A stretch of 64,000 nt of DNA, taken from the NCBI GenBank assembly GCA_039588255.1, contig JBDHAF010000007.1:38137-102136 (forward strand). The letters are read 5' to 3'. How positions within the stretch are numbered: the stretch's first letter is position 1; each line of letters begins with the position of its first letter. The stretch comes from Gemmatimonadota bacterium. Its GTDB lineage: Bacteria > Gemmatimonadota > Gemmatimonadetes > Gemmatimonadales > GWC2-71-9. The notes beneath the pieces are model-generated. The model had not been told where the DNA came from. It ran no database searches and was given only the letters and a program-made list of their open reading frames with translations. Shown piece by piece: positions 35,912 to 45,950 of this stretch. The position numbers and the translations under genes are program-made.

Positions 35912-36127
35912 ATGACCAACCGGCTCCGCGTGCTACGGGGAGATTACGCCTGGTCCCAGGCAGAGCTGGCTCGGCGCCTCGGGGTGTCCCGCCAGACGGT
36001 GAATGCGCTGGAGCGGGGCAAGTACCATCCCAGCCTCCCTCTCGCATTCAAGATCGGCCGGCTCTTCGAGCGACCGATCGAAGAGGTCTTCCATGCCAAC
36101 TGGGAGCACGGTCAAAACCGCGAATGA
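35912..36127 (+). CDS. XRE-family helix-turn-helix transcriptional regulator (short YozG-like type)
   Basis: MTNRLRVLRGDYAWSQAELARRLGVSRQTVNALERGKYHPSLPLAFKIGRLFERPIEEVF. The ORF is open from 35774 (low-complexity extension), so the start is uncertain. Confidence 0.7.
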   Translation: MTNRLRVLRGDYAWSQAELARRLGVSRQTVNALERGKYHPSLPLAFKIGRLFERPIEEVFHANWEHGQNRE

Positions 36128-36158
36128 GATGGGTGACGGGGGTTCTGCGGAGCCCCCG

Positions 36159-36785
36159 TCAGGTTCCCGCCACCACCGGGTTTGACAGGACTCCCACACC
36201 CGGAATCTCCACCTCCACAAAGTCTCCCGGCTCCAACGGCCCCACCCCGGAAGGGGTTCCCGTCGCGACGAGGTCTCCCGGCTCCAGCGTCATGATCCCG
36301 GATATGTAGCTGAGGATGGTCGGGATATCGAAGGCCATGTGCCTCGCGTGCCCGTGCTGCCGTTCGTCGCCGTTCACCCGGCAGACGACCTCTAGCTCCT
36401 CCAGGGGCGGGAGTTGGTCCAGCGGCACGACGCGGGGGCCGACCGGGCAGAACGTATCAAACCCCTTGGCGCGCGTCCACTGACCGTCGGTCCGTTGGAG
36501 ATCCCGGGCGGTCACGTCGTTGACGCAGGTAACCCCTGCGATGGATGCCAGGGCTTCCCGCCGATCGCCACCACGCAGTTTGCTGCCCAGCACCACCCCG
36601 ATCTCCCCCTCGTGCTCAACTTGCTGCGACACGTTCGGGAGCCGGATCGGATCGCCGCCGGCAATCATGGCCGACGGCGGCTTGAAGAACAGCAGCGGTC
36701 GCTCGGGGATCTTGTTGCCGAGCTCCTCCGCGTGCTCGGCGTAGTTCCGGCCGACACATACGATCTTCGAAGGCCGTGGGATCAC
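36159..36785 (-). CDS. Fumarylacetoacetate hydrolase (FAH) family protein
   Basis: GTG start. KIVCVGRNYAEHAEELGNKIPERPLLFFKPPSA...HEGEIGVVLG...DVTARDLQ...GTPSGVG. Confidence 0.85.
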   Translation of the reverse strand: MIPRPSKIVCVGRNYAEHAEELGNKIPERPLLFFKPPSAMIAGGDPIRLPNVSQQVEHEGEIGVVLGSKLRGGDRREALASIAGVTCVNDVTARDLQRTDGQWTRAKGFDTFCPVGPRVVPLDQLPPLEELEVVCRVNGDERQHGHARHMAFDIPTILSYISGIMTLEPGDLVATGTPSGVGPLEPGDFVEVEIPGVGVLSNPVVAGT

Positions 36786-36813
36786 TGGATCACCGCCAAC
36801 AGCCCCCGTGCAC

Positions 36814-37218
36814 TCAGCGGCATCGGTCCTGATTAGCCCTATCCGAGTCCATGGGCTGTATGATCAATAAGAGATCGTCACCCGGATCCACCGACAACGA
36901 CTCGGTGATCACGCAGCCTTGGGCCAAGAAGTCGACCAGAAAGCGCAGCTCGTAGGTGGGCCACTCAAACGAGAACGTCTCGGTGCTGGCAGCTTCCACA
37001 AAGCCCAGCCTGTCGCGGAAGCCTTCCCGATACGCGTAGATGGTGGCTGCATTGTGATTGTGGTTCTGGATTTCCACGGTCAGGGTGGGCCGTTCCAACT
37101 GTGGTTGTGGTCGTACAGCTTCCTGCGTCTGCGAGCCACAAGCGGCCAACGTGAGGATCACACCACACCAGGCCAACGGGGTGCCGGTATGTACCATAAA
37201 ACCTCCTTGTCGAAACAC
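36814..37218 (-). CDS. Hypothetical lipoprotein
   Basis: Signal peptide with lipobox ...LAWCGVILTLAACGSQTQE. 134 codons with coding-like composition. No family recognised. Confidence 0.45.
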   Translation of the reverse strand: MFRQGGFMVHTGTPLAWCGVILTLAACGSQTQEAVRPQPQLERPTLTVEIQNHNHNAATIYAYREGFRDRLGFVEAASTETFSFEWPTYELRFLVDFLAQGCVITESLSVDPGDDLLLIIQPMDSDRANQDRCR

Positions 37219-37282
37219 ACGCCTGCTCGTACTGGATACCCCCCCGCGCAGGAGGGTTCACACTTCACGGACCGCGCCCAGC

Positions 37283-39807
37283 CTAGCGCTCGCCGTTTCT
37301 CGGGGCCGCCCAATCGTGATACGGTTGGTAGTCTCTGAGTTCCAGTAGATCTACGTTGAACTCGTCACCATAATCAAACCGGCGACCCTCGGCATTGGCT
37401 TGGTGCAGGTACTCCACCGCCGCCTCGCGATCCCCAAGAATGGCGGCGATACGGGCGTGCCAAAACGTAATCTCCCCGAACAGGTATGGTCGCTGCATGT
37501 CGGCGAGCGAGGCGACGATCCGCGAGGCCGCCTCCCGGTTTCCCCGCCTCGCGGCGACGGCGGCGAGGTATCCCACATACCCGATACTGTCGGGGCGTTC
37601 GCGGGCCAGCGCTTCGAACAACTCCTGCGATTCGTCGTATCCACCGGCCACGTAGAGCGCTCGCGCAAGTCCGTATCGATTTGCCTCGAGCGCTGCCTCG
37701 TCGGGCTGCAGTGATCGAAACCAGGCCAGAGAGCGCTGGATCATTTCGTCGGCCAGGGCGCGGTCACCGTGGATGCTGACCTCGAGCGCCCCCTTGCGCA
37801 TGACGTCGCCGACGCCGTCGAACGGGAGTTGCGCTGGGAGCGAGGCGAACAGATCCCAGAGGCTGTCCCACGGTTGCGGCTCACCGATGGTGGCAAGCAC
37901 CCGAAGCTCGGCTTCGAGTACACTTCGATTGTTGGGGAACTGGAGCCTCCCCCGCCGCACCTCCTGAAGCTCCTCGCGGTGGCGTCCCAGCTGATGCAGG
38001 GACCCGGCGACGAAATTCCAATAGATGAACAGGTCCCGGGTGAATCCCCTCTGGGGATCCACGCGCCGCATCGCGTCCAGCGCCTCTTGCTGTCGATTCG
38101 CCCACATCGCGGTGATGCCCAGGAAGAGCTGTGACTCGGAGCTCGTGATCTCGGCCGCTGCGCGAATCGCGACAAGGGCGGCCTCGATGTCTCCACGTGC
38201 CACCGCCGACACCCAATCCAACTGGTGTCGGTCCAGCGGGGAGAGTCTGTCCCGCGAGCGGCTGACGATCTGTGCGAGGGAGTCGGCCTGCTCCCACTGC
38301 TCCATGGTGCCGTACACGAATGCCGCCATGAGCAGCGGTGACACGAAGGTGGAATCCAACTCGGCGGCCCGAAGTAGATGGTCGATTGCCGTACGTTGTT
38401 GGAGGCGCATGAACTGGGTCATCCCCTCCACATATTGCTGGTACGCGTCGTACGACGGCGGCTCGCTGAAGGCCGCGGCCCACTGCGTGAGCCGGTCGTC
38501 TACCAGCGTGGCGAGGGCACCCATGACGCGCTGGCGCAGCAGCTCCACGGCCACCAGAGGACTGTCCACGGGCGCGGCGACGGGACTCAATGCCAACAGC
38601 AACCGATTCTCTTCCGCGTCGGTCAGACGCGTCTGGAACTGGACCTCCTGTCCTTGCTTGTAGTACGCGCCCGACACGATGAGCTCGGCCCCCGTCTCCT
38701 CCACGAGGGCCGCCATCCTGCTCTCGGCTGTCTCCTCGGGAGTTTCCCCCCCGGCCATTCCGCTGCGGGCCACCAGTCGGACGCCATCGGCCCCAAGTGC
38801 GCCAGGCCGGGGTCCCCAGTCTGGTTCTCGAACACGGCCACGACGACCCGCTCGAGGGTTTCGGCTCCTCCCCGCGCCGGCAGCAGGACACCAAACACCA
38901 CGGCAATCGAAACGGCAACGGCCCCGACGAGGGCACCGATTCCCACTGCTCGCTTGTGGGGATACGCGGCCGACCCGACCTGGTCGGGATCCTCCAGCGC
39001 TGCCCGAAATTCCTGGGCGCTCACGAAGCGCTCCTCGGGCTCTACCGCCAACGCTTTCCGGAGCACCGACTCGACCCCACCCCGGGTCACGTGTGAGGCG
39101 TCAGTGCCGCTGAGCGATTTGCGCACCGACTGGAGCCGGGTCTCGGGGCTCTGGCGTCTGGGCGGGGTGCCGCCCAGCATCTCCAGCAGCACACACGCCA
39201 GGCTGTACACGTCGGTCCGCCCGTCCACGTCTCGGCGGCCCTCGGCCTGCTCCGGGCTCATGTAGGCGGGGGTGCCCACCGCCATGCCGGCCTGGGTGAG
39301 GCTGTCGCCCCCCGCCATCCCCAGCGCCCGGGCGATGCCGAAGTCCGCCACCAGGGCGTGCCCTTCGGCGAGGAGGATGTTCTCCGGCTTGATATCGCGG
39401 TGGATGATCCCGAGACCGTGGGCGTAGTGGAGGGCGCTCGCCACCTCCCGCGTCAACTCCAGAGCCTCTCGCAGCGACAACCCCCGCTGCCGGGTCATCC
39501 GCTGACGCAACGACTCGCCCTCGACGAACGGCATGACGAAGTACAGCAGCCCGTCGGCCTCGCCGGCCGCAAACACCGGGACGATGTGGGGGTGGGTCAA
39601 CGTGGAGGCGAGGTTGACCTCTCGCAGGAAGCGTTCGCGAAGCAGCCGCGTCGCCACATCGGGCGTCAGGACCTTGATGGCGACCTTGCGTCTGGGGTGG
39701 TGCTCTTCGGCCAGGAACACCGTCGCCATGCCCCCGCGCCCAATCTCGCGCTCGACGGTGTAGCGGTCGGCCAACGCCGCTTGTATCCGCGTCAGTAAGT
39801 CTTCCAT
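37283..39807 (-). pseudogene. Ser/Thr protein kinase - TM - TPR-like sensor protein, split into two frames (frameshift near 38746-38778)
   Basis: Frame 1 from ATG 39807: MEDLLTRIQAALADRYTVEREIGRGGMATVFLAEE...HRDIKPENILL...DFGIARA...GTPAYMSPE, TM segment GIGALVGAVAVSIAVVFGVLL, then VVVAVFENQTGDPGLAHLGPMASDW. Frame 2 continues VARSGMAGGETPEE...GAELIVSGAYYKQGQEVQFQTRL... plus a ~400-aa helical-repeat region ending at 37283. The two ORFs overlap by 151 nt. Confidence 0.7.
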
Positions 39808-39866
39808 GTGGTGTGAAACATTAGGCGAACAGCGATGGACGGCAACCGCGGGATCAGCGCAACGCC

Positions 39867-41015
39867 TCACATGGCCGAGCCATCCAGCTCCTCAATGGTC
39901 TTCGTCGACGGCGGGCGTTCCCGCTGCAGTCGCCGAGCGGTTCGCTCCGCATCCCGTATGGCCCGCAGCAAGTTTTCGCCGGCCAGCTTCTTCAGGTCCT
40001 CGTCGCCCCACCCGCGGCGGGACAGCTCGGCAAACAGCGCCGGATAGGTGGACACGTCCTCCAGCCCGTGGGGCCCGGCCTCGATCCCGTCGAAGTCCCC
40101 ACCGATGCCCACGTGGTCGACTCCGGCGACTCGGCGCACGTGCTCGATGTGGTCCGCCACGTCCGCCAAAGAAGCGGCGGCCTCGTCGTTCGAGACAAAG
40201 GACCGCACGAAGGTCACCATGACGACTCCACCGTTCGCCGGCAGCCGCTGCAGGATGGAGTCGGGAACGTTGCGCGGGTGGTCCACCAACGCGCGGGCCG
40301 AGGAGTGGGAGAAGATCACGGGTGCCTCCGCCACGTTGAGCGCGTCACTCATGGACCCCGGCGACACGTGGGACAGGTCCACGAGCATACCCATGTGGTT
40401 CATCTCCCGGACGACTTCCTCGCCGAACCGTGTCAGCCCGCTGTGACGTTCCTCGTCGGTGGCCGAATCAGCCCAGTCCAGTGTCCCGCCGTGCGTGAGG
40501 GTCATGTAGCGGGCGCCGAGGTCGTAGTAGGTTCGGAGCACACCGAGGGAATTCTCGATGGCGTGTCCCCCTTCGACACCCAACATCGACGCGATCTTGC
40601 CGCTGGCGAAGATCCGCTCGATGTCGGACGCGCCGCGCGCCATCTCGAAGTGGCCGCTGTACTTCGCGATGAACTGGCGGGCGATGTCGATCTGCTCGAG
40701 CTGGACGCGGGCGAACCCCGAGTCGGCATAGCCGGCTGGGATGTACACCGACCAGAACTGCGCGCCCAGCATCCCCTGGCGCAACCGCTCCAAATCCGTG
40801 TGGCCGGGCGCACGCCGGGTGATGTCGTATGCCGCAACGCTCCGGGGCGCTGCTTCGAAAGCCCGAATCGCCCACGGAAGGTCGTTGTGCCCATCGATGA
40901 GCGGCGTCTGAGCGAGCACCCGCCTGGCCCGCTCCATGTGTCGATCGTTTGTTTGCCCGGCTACGGTCGAAGCGACCGCGACCAGGAGGCCGAGGGTAAG
41001 CGTGAGCGTTTTCAT
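39867..41015 (-). CDS. Secreted membrane-dipeptidase family (M19) peptidase
   Basis: Signal peptide MKTLTLTLGLLVAVASTVAG. PLIDGHNDLPWAIR, GVEGGHAIENS, LTHGGTLDWADS, DLSHVS, HVGIGGDFDG. Confidence 0.9.
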   Translation of the reverse strand: MKTLTLTLGLLVAVASTVAGQTNDRHMERARRVLAQTPLIDGHNDLPWAIRAFEAAPRSVAAYDITRRAPGHTDLERLRQGMLGAQFWSVYIPAGYADSGFARVQLEQIDIARQFIAKYSGHFEMARGASDIERIFASGKIASMLGVEGGHAIENSLGVLRTYYDLGARYMTLTHGGTLDWADSATDEERHSGLTRFGEEVVREMNHMGMLVDLSHVSPGSMSDALNVAEAPVIFSHSSARALVDHPRNVPDSILQRLPANGGVVMVTFVRSFVSNDEAAASLADVADHIEHVRRVAGVDHVGIGGDFDGIEAGPHGLEDVSTYPALFAELSRRGWGDEDLKKLAGENLLRAIRDAERTARRLQRERPPSTKTIEELDGSAM

Positions 41016-41025
41016 AACCGTGGAA

Positions 41026-41940
41026 TCAGCGCTCGATGAGGCTTCGGGCCGTGAGCTCCGCCATCCGGTCACCCGGGACGAAGGTCCCGTCCGGCGCCCA
41101 GTCGGCGTCCAGATCCGCCGTCGGCCTCGCCGCCACGATCTCCTCCACACTCATCCCGTCGTTCACCAGGGCCTGAATCCGGTCGCGCACCGTGATCAAC
41201 ATGGCGCGATACTCCCGCAGGTCGTCCGGCGTGGCGAGCTCGCCGTGGCCGGGGATGATCTGCGTTTCCGAATTGGCGATCGCCAGCACCGCCCCCGCCG
41301 CGTGGATCATCCCGTCGACGTTACCGCCACTGTTTACATCGATGAACGGGTAAGTCCCGTTGAAGAACGTGTCGCCCATGTGGATCACGTTGGCGTTGGT
41401 GTAGTGGATGATCGCATCCCCATCCGTATGGGCGCGAGCCACGTGGAACGCACGGATCTTCTCCCCATTCCAGTAGAACGTCACGCCATCGGTGAACGTG
41501 ACCACCGGTAGTGCGTCCGGAGGGGCCTGCTGGGTGTTCCCCATCACCTCGCGGAACTCTTCGGGGTTGAGGCGCTTCCGCACGTTCTCGTGGGCCACGA
41601 TCATGGCGCCGGCTCTGCCGAGGTTTTCGTTGCCGCCCACGTGGTCGCCGTGCCAATGGGTGTTCAGCACGAACCGCACCGATCCGTCGGTGACGCTCGC
41701 GACGGCGGCGAGAATCTTCTCGGTGAGCCCGGCGAATTGGTCGTCGACCACGAACGGGCCGTCCTCACCCACGGACAATCCGATGTTGCCTCCGGACCCC
41801 ATGAGCATGTACACGCCACCCCCCAACGAGGTGGTACGGATCTCCACATTCGAGAAATCCCGCTGCCCGGTCGCCGGCGTGGTCCCAGAGCCGGTGGCCA
41901 ACGCTGCGAGCACCACTCCCCAGAAAAATCGACGCTGCAT
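41026..41940 (-). CDS. Secreted MBL-fold metallo-hydrolase
   Basis: ATG 41940 follows AAGGAG. Signal peptide MQRRFFWGVVLAALATGSG. NTHWHGDHVGGN, HTDGDAIIHY, IIPGHG. The stop lies 10 nt before the dipeptidase start, so an operon is likely. Confidence 0.85.
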   Translation of the reverse strand: MQRRFFWGVVLAALATGSGTTPATGQRDFSNVEIRTTSLGGGVYMLMGSGGNIGLSVGEDGPFVVDDQFAGLTEKILAAVASVTDGSVRFVLNTHWHGDHVGGNENLGRAGAMIVAHENVRKRLNPEEFREVMGNTQQAPPDALPVVTFTDGVTFYWNGEKIRAFHVARAHTDGDAIIHYTNANVIHMGDTFFNGTYPFIDVNSGGNVDGMIHAAGAVLAIANSETQIIPGHGELATPDDLREYRAMLITVRDRIQALVNDGMSVEEIVAARPTADLDADWAPDGTFVPGDRMAELTARSLIER

Positions 41941-42029
41941 GTTCACTCCTTTGTTCATCCGTTGTCAGCCGAACGGCAAATCTGCATCGAGTTCGGTGAA
42001 CCGCAAGATTCGCGTTCCCTATTCATTAT

Positions 42030-42719
42030 TTATTGGGCGTTGCGCACGACGCCTTCAAGCACACGCCACACGGTGCGTGCTATGATCCGATGGCCCTCTG
42101 CGGTGGGATGGATCCCGTCGGCCTGGTTCAGTTCCATGATACCGCCGACGCTGTCGAGGAGGAACGGCACTAGGGCCGCCCCGTTTGCCTCGGCGATCTC
42201 GGGAAACACGCGCTGGAATGCCGCCGTATACTCGCGACCGAGGTTGGGCGGTGCCGCCATTCCAAGGATCACGACCTTGGCGTCGGGATACGCGCTCGTG
42301 GTCCGGTCGATGATGGTCTGGAGATTCGAGCGCATCGCCTCGACATCGAGCCCCCGCAGGCCGTCGTTGGCCCCGAGCTCCAGGACCAGGACGCTGACAG
42401 GCTGGCGCAGGAGCCAATCGATGCGACGGAGCCCGCCGGCCGAAGTCTCGCCGCTGACACCGGCGTTGATCACATGGGACTCGATTCCCAACGCTTCGAG
42501 TGTGTCCTGAATGAGCGCCGGGAACGCCTGGTCGCTCGGCAAGCCGAGCCCGGCGGTGAGACTGGTGCCGAGGAACACGATGGCGGGCGTGTCGGGCGGG
42601 TTCGCGGCCCGTCGCAAACTCTCGGCGGCCTCCCGGCGTTCCGCCTGTTGACGCTCGCCCGCCGAGCACGCGACGGCGAGTGCAAGGAGACCGCTTGCGA
42701 CTATCTTTCGAGGCACCAT
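42030..42719 (-). CDS. SGNH/GDSL arylesterase-lysophospholipase (TesA-like) lipoprotein
   Basis: Lipobox LALAVAC. Block I IVFLGTSLTAG, block III ELGANDGLRG, block V DGIHPTAEGH. An alternative ATG lies at 42731. Confidence 0.8.
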   Translation of the reverse strand: MVPRKIVASGLLALAVACSAGERQQAERREAAESLRRAANPPDTPAIVFLGTSLTAGLGLPSDQAFPALIQDTLEALGIESHVINAGVSGETSAGGLRRIDWLLRQPVSVLVLELGANDGLRGLDVEAMRSNLQTIIDRTTSAYPDAKVVILGMAAPPNLGREYTAAFQRVFPEIAEANGAALVPFLLDSVGGIMELNQADGIHPTAEGHRIIARTVWRVLEGVVRNAQ

Positions 42720-43404
42720 GATCGAAGCCATAGGACTTGGACAAACCTACTCGAGCGGTGGGCGACCCCTCACCGTCTTGAAAGATATCAATCTCACCGT
42801 GGAAGCCGGCGGGTTCCTCGCCATCGTGGGGCCGTCCGGCAGCGGGAAGACTACGCTGCTCGGTCTGCTCGCGGGATTGGACGAGGCCAGCAGCGGCACC
42901 GTGTTCGTCGACGGCGTGAATCTAGCAGGGTTAACGGAAGACGAGCGCTCAGAGTTTCGTGCCGGGAACGTGGGCTTCGTGTTCCAGACCTTCCAGCTGA
43001 TTCCGACATTGACCGCGCGGGAGAACGTGCTGGTGCCGTTGGAGCTCCTCGGGGTGAACGGCAACGCCCTCGAGGAGCGGATGGTGGAGCTCCTCAGCCA
43101 CGTCGGCCTCGCCGACCGGCTCGATCACTACCCCGCGCAGCTCTCAGGCGGCGAGCAACAGCGGGTCGCCCTCGCCCGGGCCTTCGCCAATCGTCCCAAA
43201 ATCCTCTTCGCCGACGAGCCCACCGGCAATCTCGACGTCGACACCGGTCACAAGATCATCGACCTCATGGTGGAGTTGAACCGGGATTTCGAAACCACGC
43301 TCGTCCTCGTGACCCACGATCCCGAGCTGGCGTCCCGAGCCAACCGCGTCATCCGGTTGAGCGGAGGCCAGATCATCTCCGACACCCGGAACGGGGATAA
43401 GTGA
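42718..43404 (+). CDS. ABC transporter ATP-binding protein (YbbA/LolD-like)
   Basis: Walker [11 protein letters not shown]-loop, signature [14 protein letters not shown], Walker [14 protein letters not shown]-loop VTHD. Confidence 0.9.
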   Translation: MIEAIGLGQTYSSGGRPLTVLKDINLTVEAGGFLAIVGPSGSGKTTLLGLLAGLDEASSGTVFVDGVNLAGLTEDERSEFRAGNVGFVFQTFQLIPTLTARENVLVPLELLGVNGNALEERMVELLSHVGLADRLDHYPAQLSGGEQQRVALARAFANRPKILFADEPTGNLDVDTGHKIIDLMVELNRDFETTLVLVTHDPELASRANRVIRLSGGQIISDTRNGDK

Positions 43405-45947
43405 GCCTCCGCTTCGCGTTGCGCCACGCCCGGCGGGAGGGTCGCTCGAGCGTGCGACGGATCGGCCTGTACATGGGGGCGATCACGCTGGGCGTGGCCG
43501 CGCTGGTCGCCATCAACTCATTCCGGGGCAACATCGTAGAGGCCATTCGCTCGGAGTCCCGGGCGCTCCTCGGAGCAGACCTCGAAGTGCACAGCAGCCG
43601 GCGATTTCCCGACCCGGTCCAGGGCATCCTGGATTCCGCCGCCGCAGCCGGTGTGCCCCGGTCCACCGTGACCAGTCTTCCGTCGATGGCCCGGTCGCCG
43701 GTCACCGAAATGAGCCGGCTGGTTCACCTCCGGGCAATCGAAGGCGACTTCCCCTACTACGGCGAGATCGGCACCGACCCGACCGACGCCTGGGGGCGCC
43801 TGCAGGAGGGCCGTCACGCCGTGGTGGAGGCCACCGTGACCGCGCAGCTCGACATCGCGGTCGGCGACAGCGTGACGGTTGGTGAGGCGGCGTTCCAGAT
43901 CATCGGGATCATCACGAGCTCCCCCGGGGAGGTGAGCTTCCAAAGCGCGGTGGGCCCACGCATATACATTCCCGCCGCGTACCTCGAGGAAACCGGCCTC
44001 ATCCAGTTCGGGAGCCTGGTGCGCTACCAGACGTACCTGCAGATCGAGGACAATCCCACACTCCAGGACTTCCTCAACCGGTACAACAGCGTTTTCGAGG
44101 ACAACCAGGTCGGTTACAACACCGTGGCGGAACAGGTGGAGAACCTCACCGAGGCGTTCGAGAACATGACCCGGTTCCTCGGCCTCGTGGGGCTTACGGC
44201 CTTGCTCCTCGGCGGCGTGGGCGTCGCCAGTGCGGTTCACGTCTACACCAAGGAGAAACTGAACACGGTTGCGGTGCTTCGCTGTCTCGGCGCCACGCAA
44301 AGAACCGTGTTCACCGCCTACCTCGTGCAGGCGGCGGCACTCGGGTTCCTGGGTGCGGCTGCGGGCGTGATACTGGGACTCGCGGTGCAGCGCACGCTGC
44401 CAAACGTGCTGGGCGACCTGCTGCCCATGGAGGTCAGCGTGGCCGTGGACTGGCTCGCCGTGGTCGCCGGGCTCGTCATCGGCGTGTGGGTTGCCAGCGT
44501 TTTCGCCCTCCTGCCCCTCGTCTCCGTTCGCGACATCCCGCCGCTCCGGGCGCTGCGGCGTGAACTAGAGGAGGTGCCCCGGCGGTTCACCGTCTCCCGG
44601 GGCGTGGCGGGCGGAGCCCTCCTCGCGAGCGTGCTGGTGATCAGCCTGTGGCAAGCGCCGCTACCCGCATTGGGGTGGGTCTACGCCGGGGGGATCGTGG
44701 GAACCGTCGTGCTGCTCTGGGTGACCGCACGCCTGTTGATGCGCATGACCCGCCGCCACTTCCCGAAGCGGGCGCGATATGTGATCCGACAGGGTGTCGC
44801 CAACCTCTTCCGACCGCAAAACCAAACCGCCGCCGTCATCATCGCTCTGGGCTTCGGCACTTTCTTGATCGCCACGATCTATCTGGTGCAGCGCAACATC
44901 CTCGAGCCATTCACCATCGACTCCGGCGCCGAAGCCCCGAACCTCTTCCTGTTCGACATTCAACACGATCAACAGGAGGGTGTCGCCGACCTGCTCAGGG
45001 AACACGGCGCGCCACCGCTCCAGCTCACCCCCCTCATCCCAGCCCGCCTGAGTGCCATCAACGGGCGCCCCGTGGACGAGATCCTCGCCGACAGCTCCGG
45101 CCCCGTCATTCCTAGGTGGGCGCTCCGTCGGGAATACCGTCACACGTATCGGGACACCCTGGCGCCAACGGAGGAACTCATCGCCGGTGAGTGGTGGGAT
45201 ACGGCGGCCCCCACCACTTCGGGCCTGCCGCAGGTGTCCATCGAGCAGGACATTGCCGACGAATTACACGTCGGTATCGGTGACCGCGTGACGTGGGACT
45301 TTCAGGGCATTCCCGTCGAGGTGGAGATCTCGAGCGTGCGGCGCGTGAATTGGGCCCGGTTCGAGCTGAACTTCTTCTTCGTGTTCGAGCCCCGTGCCCT
45401 GGCCGCAGCGCCACCGACGATCATCGCGTTCACACGGATCGACGACATGCAGCAGCGCGCCAACTTCCAACGTGATCTCGTCCGGCAATACCCCAACGTG
45501 TCGGTGGCCGACCTCGCCCTGCTGCAAGAGGCGCTGGAGAGCGTCCTCGACAAAGTCACCCTAGGCGTGCGCTTCATGGCCCTGTTCAGCATCGCCAGCG
45601 GCATCATCGTGCTGTTCGGCGCTATCGCCACGTCCCGCTTCCACCGCATTCGGGAAGGCGTGCTGCTCAAAACGTTGGGGGCCACCCGCAAACAGATCGG
45701 ACACATACTGCTCACGGAGTACCTCACCCTCGGCACCCTCGCGGGTCTCACGGGAATCCTCCTGGCGGGACTCTCCGCATGGGGACTGGTGCGGTTCATG
45801 TTCGAGCTCGACTTCCACCTGCCGAGCGCCCCCCTTGCGGCCCTGTGGCTCGGAGTGGCCGTGCTCACCGCGGGCATCGGCCTCCTCAACGGGCGGGATG
45901 TCCTGAAGAAGCCGCCCCTCGCCGTTATTCGGGAAATCGCGGAGTAG
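43401..45947 (+). CDS. ABC transporter permease, double FtsX-domain (YbbP-like)
   Basis: GTG start overlaps the ATPase stop (GTGA 43401-44). 848 aa with two FtsX-type 4-TM units (...VLRCLGATQRTVFTAYLVQA... and ...LLKTLGATRKQIGHILLTEY...). Confidence 0.85.
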   Translation: MSLRFALRHARREGRSSVRRIGLYMGAITLGVAALVAINSFRGNIVEAIRSESRALLGADLEVHSSRRFPDPVQGILDSAAAAGVPRSTVTSLPSMARSPVTEMSRLVHLRAIEGDFPYYGEIGTDPTDAWGRLQEGRHAVVEATVTAQLDIAVGDSVTVGEAAFQIIGIITSSPGEVSFQSAVGPRIYIPAAYLEETGLIQFGSLVRYQTYLQIEDNPTLQDFLNRYNSVFEDNQVGYNTVAEQVENLTEAFENMTRFLGLVGLTALLLGGVGVASAVHVYTKEKLNTVAVLRCLGATQRTVFTAYLVQAAALGFLGAAAGVILGLAVQRTLPNVLGDLLPMEVSVAVDWLAVVAGLVIGVWVASVFALLPLVSVRDIPPLRALRRELEEVPRRFTVSRGVAGGALLASVLVISLWQAPLPALGWVYAGGIVGTVVLLWVTARLLMRMTRRHFPKRARYVIRQGVANLFRPQNQTAAVIIALGFGTFLIATIYLVQRNILEPFTIDSGAEAPNLFLFDIQHDQQEGVADLLREHGAPPLQLTPLIPARLSAINGRPVDEILADSSGPVIPRWALRREYRHTYRDTLAPTEELIAGEWWDTAAPTTSGLPQVSIEQDIADELHVGIGDRVTWDFQGIPVEVEISSVRRVNWARFELNFFFVFEPRALAAAPPTIIAFTRIDDMQQRANFQRDLVRQYPNVSVADLALLQEALESVLDKVTLGVRFMALFSIASGIIVLFGAIATSRFHRIREGVLLKTLGATRKQIGHILLTEYLTLGTLAGLTGILLAGLSAWGLVRFMFELDFHLPSAPLAALWLGVAVLTAGIGLLNGRDVLKKPPLAVIREIAE

Positions 45948-45950
45948 GAC

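Noticed and set aside
38746-38778. Programmed ribosomal frameshifting as the explanation for the split kinase-TPR gene
   Set aside because: No X-XXY-YYZ slippery heptamer and no obvious downstream stimulatory structure. A homopolymer indel (mutation or sequencing error) is the simpler reading.
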